64,000 bases of DNA from a virus (lineage: Duplodnaviria; Caudoviricetes), in IMG/VR virus record IMGVR_UViG_3300021255_000042, positions 1 to 64,000 of that record. One strand, 5' to 3'. Below, in pieces: positions 48,338-58,352 of the stretch. A model generated the notes under the pieces. It worked only from the letters and a program-made list of their open reading frames with translations, was not told the DNA's origin and did not search any database. Every line of letters begins with the position of its first letter. Within the stretch, counting starts at the first letter, position 1. The translations under genes and the position numbers were made by a program.

Positions 48338-48844
48338 TTAGTCGTTTAATGAATTAAAAATCTTTGCTGCTTCATAAAAGAATTCCTCCAGGGTACCATT
48401 ATTGACAATTATGGCCTTGTAGAAATCCCTTGGGAGGATTGTGCGCTTATTGTCACGTTCGATACGGTCTGCGCCAATAGCCGGATCGTACTCACGGTCA
48501 ACGTAGATTGGAACGATGTCATACCGGTCGCCGAATTTCTCAATCATTTCGACCAGTGCATCCTCATCTATGATATAGGTGCAGACATCATATTCGTCAA
48601 GCTGGGAAAGAGCCACCCAGTAATGGAAACCGCCAAAGAGTGCGTATGCCAACATCTTTTCACGTGCTGGTACGCAAACATCTTCATCGAACCAATGCTC
48701 ACGGCCCTGTTCTTCACCGGCACGCATCGGCCTGGTGGTATGGGACACAAGCTGGGGAATGTCAAGTTCTTCTTCCAAGAAGCGGACGAGAGTTGATTTA
48801 CCGCTTCCAGAAGGCCCCACGATTGCATAAATCTTCGTTTTCAT
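48338..48844 (-). CDS. guanylate kinase-like protein
   Basis: GPSGSGKS and VSHTTRPMRAGE motifs. Confidence 0.85.
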   Translation of the reverse strand: MKTKIYAIVGPSGSGKSTLVRFLEEELDIPQLVSHTTRPMRAGEEQGREHWFDEDVCVPAREKMLAYALFGGFHYWVALSQLDEYDVCTYIIDEDALVEMIEKFGDRYDIVPIYVDREYDPAIGADRIERDNKRTILPRDFYKAIIVNNGTLEEFFYEAAKIFNSLND

Positions 48845-51012
48845 AATACTTCCAATACACTTTTACGATAGAACTGTAAGTTATTCTTTCCCTGGTAGTC
48901 GCTGTATTTTACGGCGGCAGAGCAGACGATCAATTTGTCTTTTGCTGCGAGAAGTTGCGGCCTGAGCTCGTTGTATTCCTCAGACCACACGATACACTCG
49001 CAGCTGTCATTGTTTTGCTGGAGGAGGAGTTTGCAGAACACCTTCTTGTCACCGGTACGTTTGTCTTCGTACTTCTTTTCCTCCACATCCACGACCGTGG
49101 CGCATATCGCCACCTTCTTGTCCTCCATTTCTGACGGAACAATATCTCCCAGGGTAACGTATGTTGCCTTACCCTTAATGAGCGTCTTGGCCTCGGAATT
49201 GTCATAGATGCGCTTGTAGTCGATGGCACCCATGCCAGACACGGCGATTTGCTGCTGCGACCACCAATAATGTTTTCCACGCATTTCTGACGGCACGTCC
49301 TTCTCGGTGATTTCGAATCCGAGACGGGCGGCAGCTTTTTCCAGGATTGCAAAACGCTCCACTACGGATTCTGCACGCTCAATCTTGTCGAAGCAACCGG
49401 CGAAGATGAGATTGCGGATATGCCTTGCATTGACTGGGCATTTGGTAGCTTCCTCTTCATTGTCGGGGTCATCCCAGTATTCGTACTTCTTCAACTTGTA
49501 CTTGAAGATACGGTCGATAAAGTTCTCTATACTTGTAAATTCGCCGTTCTTGTTGCGCTCATTGATAATCCAGTCAACCGCCTTTGTGCCGAGCATCTTA
49601 ATCCTGGAAAGAGACCAGAAGATAGAATTGGTTTCGTAGTCAGTGTAGAAAATCTGGCCGCTTACATTGATGTCAGGAGCAACAACGTGTGCCTGACTGC
49701 AAGCGTCCATTTCGCCCATAAGAGACACGATTTCCTTGTCATCGGCCCACTGGAGAGCAACAGTATAAAAAGCGGTCGGATAGGCCACCTTCAGGTATGC
49801 TCCTGCGTAGGCAGTTGCGGCGTATGCGGTGGCGTGTGACTTGTTGAAGCAGTAGGTACCGGCGGCCTCGATCTGCGCCCAAATCTTATCGCGGTCTTCT
49901 GCCGGGCAACCATTCTTGTCGGCACCGGCCATGAACTTGTCACGCATTGCCTGGATTTTCTCGGTCTTCTTCTTGGAGACGAACTTCACAAGCTTCACAC
50001 CGTCACCAAGGCTGAATCCACCAATCTCACGGGCAAGGCTCACAATCTGCTCCTGGTACACCACAACACCGTAAGTATTTTTCAAGGAATTGTACGTTCC
50101 CCAGAGATAAACCGGCGCGATAAGGCCGTTCTTACAATCCACGAACTCATCGATATTTCCCATCGTGGCCGGGCGATAGATTGCGTTGGCGGCGATAAGG
50201 TGCTCGATGCAGGTAGGCTTCAGGTCGATAAGGAACTTCGTGATACCACGTGAGCCAAACTGGAAGACGTTCTGCGTGAATCCACGGCCAAGAATGTCGT
50301 AAACGCGAGGATCATCCATCGGGCCGGTTACAATCGATTCCAGGCTCACGTCTTCGTGGTAATGCTCTTTTACAAGGTCGAATACTTCGTGGAGCTTTGA
50401 CAACTCCTTCGTGGCAAGGCAGTCGTTCTTAAGAAGGCCCAATTCATCGAGTTCATAGCCATCGTTTTCGCTCACCAGGAGGCCGTCAACTTTCTTGATG
50501 GGAACGAAATCGAAGCATTCAACATCCTCGCCGTCCATATAGTCTGGAGTAACCAGGAGGGCAGATGCGTGAACGGAGCCAGAACGAGGCTGGAACATCA
50601 GCGTGCGGATGGATTCGAATAGCTGCGGATAGTCGTTGATGAACTTGGCAATTTTCTTCTCGGTTGCGGCCAGCTTGAAAATGCCTGTGAAATCGCACTT
50701 GTCATCGTCAAAAATGGCGGTGATATAGTTGACGATATTGACGGGAATCTTCATCGTTCTGGCCACATCCTTGATAACGGCTTTGACCTTCAGCGTGGTA
50801 AGAGTACCGGCTGAGAAAACGCGCTGCTTCCCATCGTGGTTGTAGCGTTCTTCAATATATGCCTTTACGTCCTGACGGCGGTCGCTTTGATAGTCCTGAT
50901 CCACGTCCGGCAAGCTGCCACCGGGCCCTTGGAGATAGCCATCACCGACAAACGTATCTATTGTCTGCACAGGCGCGTTGCTATGAACGCGTTTTACACT
51001 CGTTACTTTCAT
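48841..51012 (-). CDS. dnaE: DNA polymerase III alpha, C-terminal half (palm/fingers/OB)
   Basis: LPDVDQD, GLLKNDCL, VYQEQ and CFNKSHATAY motifs. Confidence 0.9.
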   Translation of the reverse strand: MKVTSVKRVHSNAPVQTIDTFVGDGYLQGPGGSLPDVDQDYQSDRRQDVKAYIEERYNHDGKQRVFSAGTLTTLKVKAVIKDVARTMKIPVNIVNYITAIFDDDKCDFTGIFKLAATEKKIAKFINDYPQLFESIRTLMFQPRSGSVHASALLVTPDYMDGEDVECFDFVPIKKVDGLLVSENDGYELDELGLLKNDCLATKELSKLHEVFDLVKEHYHEDVSLESIVTGPMDDPRVYDILGRGFTQNVFQFGSRGITKFLIDLKPTCIEHLIAANAIYRPATMGNIDEFVDCKNGLIAPVYLWGTYNSLKNTYGVVVYQEQIVSLAREIGGFSLGDGVKLVKFVSKKKTEKIQAMRDKFMAGADKNGCPAEDRDKIWAQIEAAGTYCFNKSHATAYAATAYAGAYLKVAYPTAFYTVALQWADDKEIVSLMGEMDACSQAHVVAPDINVSGQIFYTDYETNSIFWSLSRIKMLGTKAVDWIINERNKNGEFTSIENFIDRIFKYKLKKYEYWDDPDNEEEATKCPVNARHIRNLIFAGCFDKIERAESVVERFAILEKAAARLGFEITEKDVPSEMRGKHYWWSQQQIAVSGMGAIDYKRIYDNSEAKTLIKGKATYVTLGDIVPSEMEDKKVAICATVVDVEEKKYEDKRTGDKKVFCKLLLQQNNDSCECIVWSEEYNELRPQLLAAKDKLIVCSAAVKYSDYQGKNNLQFYRKSVLEVL

Positions 51013-52349
51013 ATTGACATCGTGTGATAAGCGTGACGGTCAAAGATGTTATTGTTAGCCTTGTAAGCCTTCTCAAATGCGGTCAATTCGTAGTCTGGGA
51101 AGATCATCCGCTTCGTGATAAAGCTCTCGGATGCGATTCCTTCCAGCGTCCTACAACGGCTCAGGGCAACGTAAAGCTGTCCGGGACAGAACATACCCTT
51201 TGAGTGGATGACGATGTTGTCAAAAGTCAACCCCTGGCTCTTATGGATGGTAATTGCCCAGGCAAGTGCAAGCGGGAATTGTTCACACGTTCCCTTTACA
51301 ACTCGCTCAATCTTCTTCACTGGCAAGCCATTCTCAACGGTATCTACGGCCTTGTACTCGCATTGCTCCCAGATGTACGGGCCGATTTCCACGAGGTAGC
51401 CGTTGTCAAGCTGGACGAGAATGCTCTTCTCACCAAGCTCTTCCACAACTCCGAGAGAGCCGTTATAGTAATGACCTTCCTTATCGTTGACAAGCGTCAT
51501 TACACGGGCACCGACACGAAGGCTGAGGGTTGTGTCACAAGGCGCGTTGGCCTCTGGGAAGTCGCCCTTTATCTTGCAATCGTAATTGTGTGTCGGTATG
51601 CCAAGCAGTTCCCGGTTGATATTCGCAACGTCCTGACGGTGGGAGCAGATATGAATGTGCTTGCTATCGAAATTGGTACTCAGTTCCTTGTTACGCAGCT
51701 CAGAAAGAATCTGCAAATCGTCAAACGTAAGTTGGTAGTTGCGGATATGGTTCAGGATCGTGATGAAGTTTTCATCGGTCTGCCTGAAGATATGGGTGAG
51801 CTCAATAACACGGAACCCCTTCTCACGGAACACTGATGCGTTGAAGAAATAAGGGCCACGATACATACTTTCGATGAACTCGCGCTCATCGGCCTTGACA
51901 ACCGGCGGGAGCTGATGAAGGTCTCCGAACATAACGAGCTGGATACCTCCAAACGGTTCTGCATTCTGCCGGTACATCCTCAGCTTTTTGTCGATGAAGT
52001 CCATCACATCGGCACGCACCATACTGATTTCGTCTATGATAAGGACATCGATGCAGTTTGCCAGGTACTTCTTGTTGGCAAAGAACTTGGAATCCGATGC
52101 AGCCGTAGGCCCAAGCGGGCCGAACGGGATATTGAGGAAGCTATGAAGCGTGATTCCACCGGCATTTACTGCGGCCACGCCGGTAGGTGCCGTGATGATG
52201 AATCGCTTATTGATGTTTTCAACAAGGTATTTTAGAAAAGTGGTCTTACCCGTACCAGCCTTACCAGTGATATAGATGGATTCGTTGGTATTCTGAACGA
52301 TTTCAAGGGCCGTGGCCATTTCATTCGTTATCGTGATGTTAGGTGTCAT
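51009..52349 (-). CDS. Pif1/RecD-like SF1B helicase
   Basis: GKAGTGKT, DEISM, FGDLHQLPP, TIHKSQG and YVALSR motifs. Confidence 0.9.
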   Translation of the reverse strand: MTPNITITNEMATALEIVQNTNESIYITGKAGTGKTTFLKYLVENINKRFIITAPTGVAAVNAGGITLHSFLNIPFGPLGPTAASDSKFFANKKYLANCIDVLIIDEISMVRADVMDFIDKKLRMYRQNAEPFGGIQLVMFGDLHQLPPVVKADEREFIESMYRGPYFFNASVFREKGFRVIELTHIFRQTDENFITILNHIRNYQLTFDDLQILSELRNKELSTNFDSKHIHICSHRQDVANINRELLGIPTHNYDCKIKGDFPEANAPCDTTLSLRVGARVMTLVNDKEGHYYNGSLGVVEELGEKSILVQLDNGYLVEIGPYIWEQCEYKAVDTVENGLPVKKIERVVKGTCEQFPLALAWAITIHKSQGLTFDNIVIHSKGMFCPGQLYVALSRCRTLEGIASESFITKRMIFPDYELTAFEKAYKANNNIFDRHAYHTMSI

Positions 52350-54067
52350 AGCTCGTCAATTGTAAACAGTTCATCTTTGTTGTCGAAAAGGATGTCATCA
52401 CCTTCCTCTATTTCATCTGCATAAATTGTTATCGGCTCTTCCTCGCCGTCCCTGCGGACATAAAGCTGTGCATCACGGTCGATCTTCAAGGTCTTGCCAT
52501 TTCCCAGGGTGACTTCAACATAGTCGCTGGAATCGATGTCTTCACCGATTATTGTGGTACTGGAAGGATAGAGCCCGGCCCTTTCGGGAAGTAGGAACCG
52601 CTCGAAGATGAGGTCATAACGAAGCGGATCAATGAGGGTGATGCCAAGGAGGTACAACAGCAACGAACCCGCCGCCGAGCCTCGTCCACACCCAACGAGA
52701 ATGTTGTTTCTACGGCTCCAATTACAGGTGTCGTACTGAACGAGAAGATAGTCAACATTGTTGGTAGATTCTATTATGTACTTTTCATACTCCATCTGCT
52801 TGCGGTACTTCTCCTGGCTTTCAGCGTCCTTCGGAACAAGCCGGTCGAAACCTTCTTCAAGAAGCTGGATAAACATATTGTGCGTGGTGCCGTACTTCTC
52901 TGCCTCTTCCGGTGTCATGGTGTATTTCGGCATAAAGTTGCGGTCGTTCTCAAACCTGGCGGTGGCGTGTTCCGCAATGAAAACTGCGTTGGAAGCGCAC
53001 TCTTCGAACAAGGCTTCAATATCCCAGGCTTCTTCATCAAAGAGCTGGGTGAATAATGCGTAATGTTCGTCAACATCCTTAAAGTATTGCTCATCGCTCT
53101 GCTCATGCGCCGCGCCGGAAGCAATCTTGTTTAGGATAATCTTGTTCTTCGAATCGGTCTTGTCAAGATAATAGGCATCGGTGAGAAGAACCGGATCAAC
53201 CGCATAGTCGGCATTGTCGTAAACCTTGTCGAAATACAGCTTGGCCGCTTCCAGGACACGGATGTCAATGCGCTCAGCCTTGTACTCAGTCAGATCAACC
53301 TGGAAGAAGATGTCGTCATAGCTTTCCTTCAGCTCTCTGACGGCCTTAGGATTGGCGATAATCCACTCGGACGAATACTTATCCAGGACGATAAAATTGC
53401 CCTCTCCACGGCGTTTTAATTCATCAAACGTAATGGTCTGGTCTTCGCTGTCAACCATAACGGCCTTTTGAATGCGGAGTAGGTTTCTCAGGCCCTTCTG
53501 GGTACTGACATAGACCTTTGCGCCAACCAAATCCTCTCCGTAGTGGAAAGAAAGCGAATATCCGAATACGAACTTTAGGCCCTCTTCATCACAGCATTTT
53601 TGGAGATTGTAGCAGGCAGCCATCGTGTTCCGGTCGCAGATTCCGATTGCCTTGTGGCCGAGGAACTTCGCCTTCTTCACCCACATCTCAGGCATAAAGC
53701 TTCCGTTTAGGAGTTCGAACGGCGTGTGTACGCCCAGGTTGACAATCTCAACATCGTTCTTGGCCGGTTCAACCCTGGTGCCGACATACTTCAGGATGTT
53801 CAGCGCGAAGCCTTTTCTAAGGTCGAAGTAATACCAGTTGTCACCGAACTTGAACGTGATGTAGTTGATGTCCTCTGCCATAAGAATCGCCGGTTCCTCC
53901 ATACTGTTGAAGATTACCTCGTTGTCCTTATTGAGCCTGAAGATGGAGTTGAGTTCACTCATATCTTCATAGTACACCTTGCCAAGACCTGGAAGCTCGA
54001 CAACCTCATTGTCAACGACAGTGTATTGTATTTTGTTGGCTTCAAGCCATTCAAGTAATTCGTTCAT
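52346..54067 (-). CDS. dnaE: DNA polymerase III alpha, N-terminal half (PHP domain)
   Basis: LGVHTPFELLNGS, GCGRGSAAGS and LIFERFL motifs. Confidence 0.9.
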   Translation of the reverse strand: MNELLEWLEANKIQYTVVDNEVVELPGLGKVYYEDMSELNSIFRLNKDNEVIFNSMEEPAILMAEDINYITFKFGDNWYYFDLRKGFALNILKYVGTRVEPAKNDVEIVNLGVHTPFELLNGSFMPEMWVKKAKFLGHKAIGICDRNTMAACYNLQKCCDEEGLKFVFGYSLSFHYGEDLVGAKVYVSTQKGLRNLLRIQKAVMVDSEDQTITFDELKRRGEGNFIVLDKYSSEWIIANPKAVRELKESYDDIFFQVDLTEYKAERIDIRVLEAAKLYFDKVYDNADYAVDPVLLTDAYYLDKTDSKNKIILNKIASGAAHEQSDEQYFKDVDEHYALFTQLFDEEAWDIEALFEECASNAVFIAEHATARFENDRNFMPKYTMTPEEAEKYGTTHNMFIQLLEEGFDRLVPKDAESQEKYRKQMEYEKYIIESTNNVDYLLVQYDTCNWSRRNNILVGCGRGSAAGSLLLYLLGITLIDPLRYDLIFERFLLPERAGLYPSSTTIIGEDIDSSDYVEVTLGNGKTLKIDRDAQLYVRRDGEEEPITIYADEIEEGDDILFDNKDELFTIDEL

Positions 54068-55119
54068 AATCTGTTATCTAAGGTTGTCAATTTGAATTCT
54101 ACTGGAGTTTTGATGTTTAGTGAGAAGGTGTCGAAGATTTCCCAGAAGTCCATTTCATCCCAGTCTTTTCCGTCACTCTCGATCCTTGCAATGTAGCAGT
54201 CGAAGTATTCGTTCAAGTCCATAGCGGCCTTGTTGATTGCCTCAGTTGCATCAGAATCATACCCTATCACAACCGTCCGCACGCCCTTGGATTGGAGCTT
54301 ATAAATCTGGGTGTCTGAAATCTTCTTCCCAAACGTGGCAACGGCTGCAATCCTTGTGTTGTCGTACAGATTGAGTTTCCTGGTGAGGGCAATCACATCG
54401 AACACACCCTCACAAAGAATCACGGTGTCGGTCTCGTCCTCTATCACAGAATCATAGTTGTAGAGCAGCTTGACGAAATCGTTCTCACCCTCCTTGGAGC
54501 CGCTGTTGTTGTACCGGCGAATCTCGAACTTTCCCTTCAGACGGGCCTGGCGATTGTATGCGTCAATCTTCTCCTTTGGCCACGTATGCCTGCTGATGTA
54601 GCCTACAACGTCACCACCGTCAATGATGGGAAACACCACATAATCGTCAAACTTGAAGTTCAGGCCGCGAGTGGTTCCAACTGGGAAGTACTCATAGTCG
54701 TCTGCCGTGAAGCCACGCGACTTAAGGTACGGATTCCGAAAGCAACGCTTCCATCCTTCAGGCATATCGACCACGTTCAGTTCATCGTCAATCTCTTCCT
54801 CGTCTATGGTAGCGAACTGTGGAATTTCAAGCGGCTGGAAGGAAGCTGTCTCTTGAATCTTCAGATCAGACCGGCCAATATCTTCCAGGAGCTGATTGAC
54901 ATCGGTTGTCGTGTGGCCGCAGGAGAAGCAGTGGGCCATAAAGAGTTTCTTCTTGGCCGTCTCTTTCCCGATATAAATGCCGAACTTGCCACCTGCGTGA
55001 CCACAATACGGGCAGTAAGGAACGATGAGGTTCTTGCGCCCGCCGTCCGGTTTGGCGTGAAGTTCGTTGGTGAGTTCCTGAATTAGAAACTCACGTTGTT
55101 CCCTATCGATATACATCAC
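54064..55119 (-). CDS. DNA primase (Zn finger + TOPRIM)
   Basis: CPYCG..HCFSCG; LCEGVFD; GYDSD. Confidence 0.85.
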   Translation of the reverse strand: MMYIDREQREFLIQELTNELHAKPDGGRKNLIVPYCPYCGHAGGKFGIYIGKETAKKKLFMAHCFSCGHTTTDVNQLLEDIGRSDLKIQETASFQPLEIPQFATIDEEEIDDELNVVDMPEGWKRCFRNPYLKSRGFTADDYEYFPVGTTRGLNFKFDDYVVFPIIDGGDVVGYISRHTWPKEKIDAYNRQARLKGKFEIRRYNNSGSKEGENDFVKLLYNYDSVIEDETDTVILCEGVFDVIALTRKLNLYDNTRIAAVATFGKKISDTQIYKLQSKGVRTVVIGYDSDATEAINKAAMDLNEYFDCYIARIESDGKDWDEMDFWEIFDTFSLNIKTPVEFKLTTLDNRL

Positions 55120-56471
55120 GCAGCCTTGTTAATGTTCATTGTACGAACACGGTCATAGAACTGCTCGTGTTGGTAATCGGTAGCAATGCGGAACGGTTCG
55201 CCCTTCTTGAACCAACGGGCCTTTGCAACGTGGATGCGCATCGTCTCTTCCTTCGCCTCACGGTCGGACTGGTTGAGCGTGATGAGGTGAGTAAGCGGCC
55301 TGGAAAGACCTTTGGCCTCGGAAGTATTGTACTCCGTCAGCACGTTCTTCTCATCATTGATCCACTCACGGTTCTCGATAGTGGCCTGGTAGGTAACAAC
55401 CATCCAGACATCCTCATCGGCGGCCAGGTCTTTTAGGTCGTTGGCAACGGCAATTCTCTTGTGACGTTCGCCGTTCTCGCCCCATTGCCTTCCAGAAGAA
55501 TCCGTAAGCAAGTCCATCGAATCCACTATAACAACGTCAGGATTCACGCCGTAGCGTTTCTTGAACTCCGTGATGCCGTTCTTGATGTCGATGGTCGATA
55601 CGTGGCAGTTGAACTTTGGATAGGATTTCACATAGAGCTTTCCAGATACACTCTTAAGCTCTTCCTCCATCTTTTCCAGTTCTGCGTCACGGATCGTGCC
55701 GGTCTCATACCTGAAGACATCACAGGCCGTAATAGCCGCCGAATAAGCGTTCACGGTCTCAGCCTTACTGCCCTCCAGCGAGAAATGAAGTACGTTCAAT
55801 CCGTCACGGCAGGCGTTGGCTCCGATATGACGGGCAACGTGGCTCTTTCCTACGCCGGTAGCGGCCATGAAGCAGGTAAGCTGGGTACGGAGGTCATGTG
55901 CTCCGTTGCGTTCGTCCAGCTCATCAATATAGAACCTGGTGATGGCACGCTTGCGGCCAACGGAGTTATGTTTCTGCCGGTTCTCCTTGAAGCGTGAACC
56001 AAACGTATCAATGACGTTCACATAGTCGGATTCGCGCAGGCTGAAGTTCTGAGACCAAGTAGCATAATCGTTCAGTTTGGTCTGGGCCTTCTCGTGTTCC
56101 TGCTTGTTGTAAAGCTCGCCTACCTCTTTGTAGGTTTTCTGGAAGCGGACTTGCTTTATGTACTGTTCAAGCTGTTCCAGGATTTCGTTTGTGCCGGTGA
56201 CGTTGGCAGTATCGTATATGTCTTCTGCAAGGGTAACGGCACCGCGATCACTCGCAATCGACTGTTTGAGGATGCTGAATGATGGGCAATGCTTGTACTC
56301 CTTGTAGTAATTTGATAGGGCCGTGTGGATTTTGATGAAGTCCTTGTCCGGCAGATAGTCCTTCTTGATGTTATCCACCACAACAGCCAGGATATACTCA
56401 TTATCCAAGCAGGTGCGGTAAACATCCATCAAGAATTCTTCCGTCAGGACATTATTTGTTTGATTCGCCAT
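55116..56471 (-). CDS. DnaB-like replicative helicase
   Basis: AATGVGKS, FSLEG, VIVDSMD and TYQ motifs; ATG 56471. Confidence 0.85.
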   Translation of the reverse strand: MANQTNNVLTEEFLMDVYRTCLDNEYILAVVVDNIKKDYLPDKDFIKIHTALSNYYKEYKHCPSFSILKQSIASDRGAVTLAEDIYDTANVTGTNEILEQLEQYIKQVRFQKTYKEVGELYNKQEHEKAQTKLNDYATWSQNFSLRESDYVNVIDTFGSRFKENRQKHNSVGRKRAITRFYIDELDERNGAHDLRTQLTCFMAATGVGKSHVARHIGANACRDGLNVLHFSLEGSKAETVNAYSAAITACDVFRYETGTIRDAELEKMEEELKSVSGKLYVKSYPKFNCHVSTIDIKNGITEFKKRYGVNPDVVIVDSMDLLTDSSGRQWGENGERHKRIAVANDLKDLAADEDVWMVVTYQATIENREWINDEKNVLTEYNTSEAKGLSRPLTHLITLNQSDREAKEETMRIHVAKARWFKKGEPFRIATDYQHEQFYDRVRTMNINKAA

Positions 56472-57045
56472 ATTCCACTCTGATTCTGAAGAGTTCGGGA
56501 TATTTCTTATCCGTCTCTCGTTTACATTGTTCAATAAAATTACAATCGCCGCAAGATTCTGAAAGTGGGCTCCAGCCAAGCGTAGATGATTGACAAATTG
56601 CAAATCCGACAGGACGGTTCAGTAGCCTTTTCTTCGTCTGTTCCTCGGATTGCAGATAGATGTAGCGTGCAAGGGGGTGTTCGCTCCGGTCAGCTATGAG
56701 TTGAATCAATGCGTCCCTCGTAAGCCCTCCCTCTTCCAGCCATTTATCTTCGTAGTACCGTGCGCCTCGCTTGGATTCTTTCAGCCTCTTGATTGAAGAC
56801 GGGCCGAATGCCTGGTTTACCGTCCAGGATTCACGGTTCTTATAAGCGTGCGCCGTGCAGATGCAAAAGTCAACCAGTCTTTCCTTAGTGACTGCGCCGA
56901 ACTCTTTCTCGAACAATCCTATGAATTTGGTCAAGACCCTGGCTGTCGAACCTCCCTGGGAAAACCGGAAGGAAGAATCAACCAGTTTCTTCTCGATCTC
57001 GCTAAAGACCTTCATTGTCTTCTTGACCCACTTTTCGCTCTCCAT
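56452..57045 (-). CDS. hypothetical protein
   Basis: ORF in the replication operon. Confidence 0.7.
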   Translation of the reverse strand: MESEKWVKKTMKVFSEIEKKLVDSSFRFSQGGSTARVLTKFIGLFEKEFGAVTKERLVDFCICTAHAYKNRESWTVNQAFGPSSIKRLKESKRGARYYEDKWLEEGGLTRDALIQLIADRSEHPLARYIYLQSEEQTKKRLLNRPVGFAICQSSTLGWSPLSESCGDCNFIEQCKRETDKKYPELFRIRVEYGESNK

Positions 57046-57649
57046 CTCGCGTTAAGTACTTTTTCATAAATTGTCGAGCCAGGTACAGGCGGCTCTTGAC
57101 GGTTTCTATGTTGTGGGACTTAAGTGTCCCTCGTTTGAATTCAATATCGGCTATCTCCTTAAGGGAATAACCGGCCTGTTGTAAGAGAAGTGCGTCCCGA
57201 TGAATCGGCTTCATCATATCGAGCACCTGAAGAATGTCATCGTTGTAATAGTCACGGTAATTATCGATCGACATAAACTTGTGAGAAGGTTTCTCAGTGT
57301 CGGGTATATTATCTTGGCAAGTATCGATGTTGTCGCAAAATTGCTCACTCTCTTCCTCCTCGGCCCTCTTCTTCTCCAGCTCGAAAACGCAACGTTTGGT
57401 GCAGATGTGTAGCCAAGTCTTGATCGAACGGGACGGATCGTAAGTTTCGATGCCCCGGTAGAAATTAATCAAGACCTCGTTATAGTTTTCACGGACGTTG
57501 CGCATACTTGTGGAGTACTGCATCACAAGCTTATAAATCATATTCTTGTAAGGCATAACATACTCCTGGAAGAGTTCGTTTCGTCTCTTTATGACTTCTG
57601 GCTCACGCTCTCGCTTTTCTCTTTCTTGATTGCGTACACTGTCCACCAT
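57002..57649 (-). CDS. ECF-type sigma factor
   Basis: YDPSRSIKTWLHICTKR (region 2); GYSLKEIA..ETVKSRLYLAR (region 4). Confidence 0.85.
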   Translation of the reverse strand: MVDSVRNQEREKREREPEVIKRRNELFQEYVMPYKNMIYKLVMQYSTSMRNVRENYNEVLINFYRGIETYDPSRSIKTWLHICTKRCVFELEKKRAEEEESEQFCDNIDTCQDNIPDTEKPSHKFMSIDNYRDYYNDDILQVLDMMKPIHRDALLLQQAGYSLKEIADIEFKRGTLKSHNIETVKSRLYLARQFMKKYLTRDGERKVGQEDNEGL

Positions 57650-57858
57650 TCGGTCGCAACTTCCTTGTTAAACATTAAAGTTGCTTTGTCAGTCAATTTG
57701 CGGGCAGCGCAGTATTTCCTCCAGCGGTTCTGAAGTGATAAGAACTTCAAGCGAACCTCATCATCGGAGGGTTTGGGACGCTTGTCAAGAAAGTCACAGA
57801 ATTCAGTAAGAAGCTCCTGACACTTGTCCTTATCTGATTGGTAAATTCTGTTACTCAT
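57589..57858 (-). CDS. hypothetical protein
   Basis: Coupled ORF. Confidence 0.55.
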   Translation of the reverse strand: MSNRIYQSDKDKCQELLTEFCDFLDKRPKPSDDEVRLKFLSLQNRWRKYCAARKLTDKATLMFNKEVATEWWTVYAIKKEKSESVSQKS

Positions 57859-58352
57859 TAGATATGAAATTTATGGATGTAGTATTGCCAGATATGCAAG
57901 GCATCGGCCTCGTTGTCATCGATGCACTCAACCTTCCAGCGAAGCTTGGCGAACTTTATCATGGTCGCCTTGTCTGCGTTTCCATCGCCGGTCGCCCAGC
58001 TCTTTACTACCTTCACGTTGATGAAGGCCGGTTCTGGAAGGTCAAGTGTGTCGCATACCTCCAGTAGAATGCCCCTGAATTCAGAAAGCTTGCGTTGGTC
58101 GATGAAGTGGTTGTTCACGTTCACATCCTCTGCTACAATCTGTCTAATGTCGTACTTCGTAATGAAGTCAATAAGGGTGTCTCTGAAAGCCTTATGCTGC
58201 TTATTATTATTGCGGCGCATCGATTCCTCAAAGTTCCAGGTGCCACTCTCGTGGGTCGAATAGAACCCGCAATGGGTGGCAATATCAAGTCCTAAAACCT
58301 GATCCCTGGTTGGCTTCTGAGCCGATGCCTGTGTCATATCCTTTGTTGCCAT
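57858..58352 (-). CDS. RuvC-like Holliday junction resolvase
   Basis: VLGLDIA, VAED, ATGDGNADK and DDNEADAL motifs. Confidence 0.8.
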   Translation of the reverse strand: MATKDMTQASAQKPTRDQVLGLDIATHCGFYSTHESGTWNFEESMRRNNNKQHKAFRDTLIDFITKYDIRQIVAEDVNVNNHFIDQRKLSEFRGILLEVCDTLDLPEPAFINVKVVKSWATGDGNADKATMIKFAKLRWKVECIDDNEADALHIWQYYIHKFHI

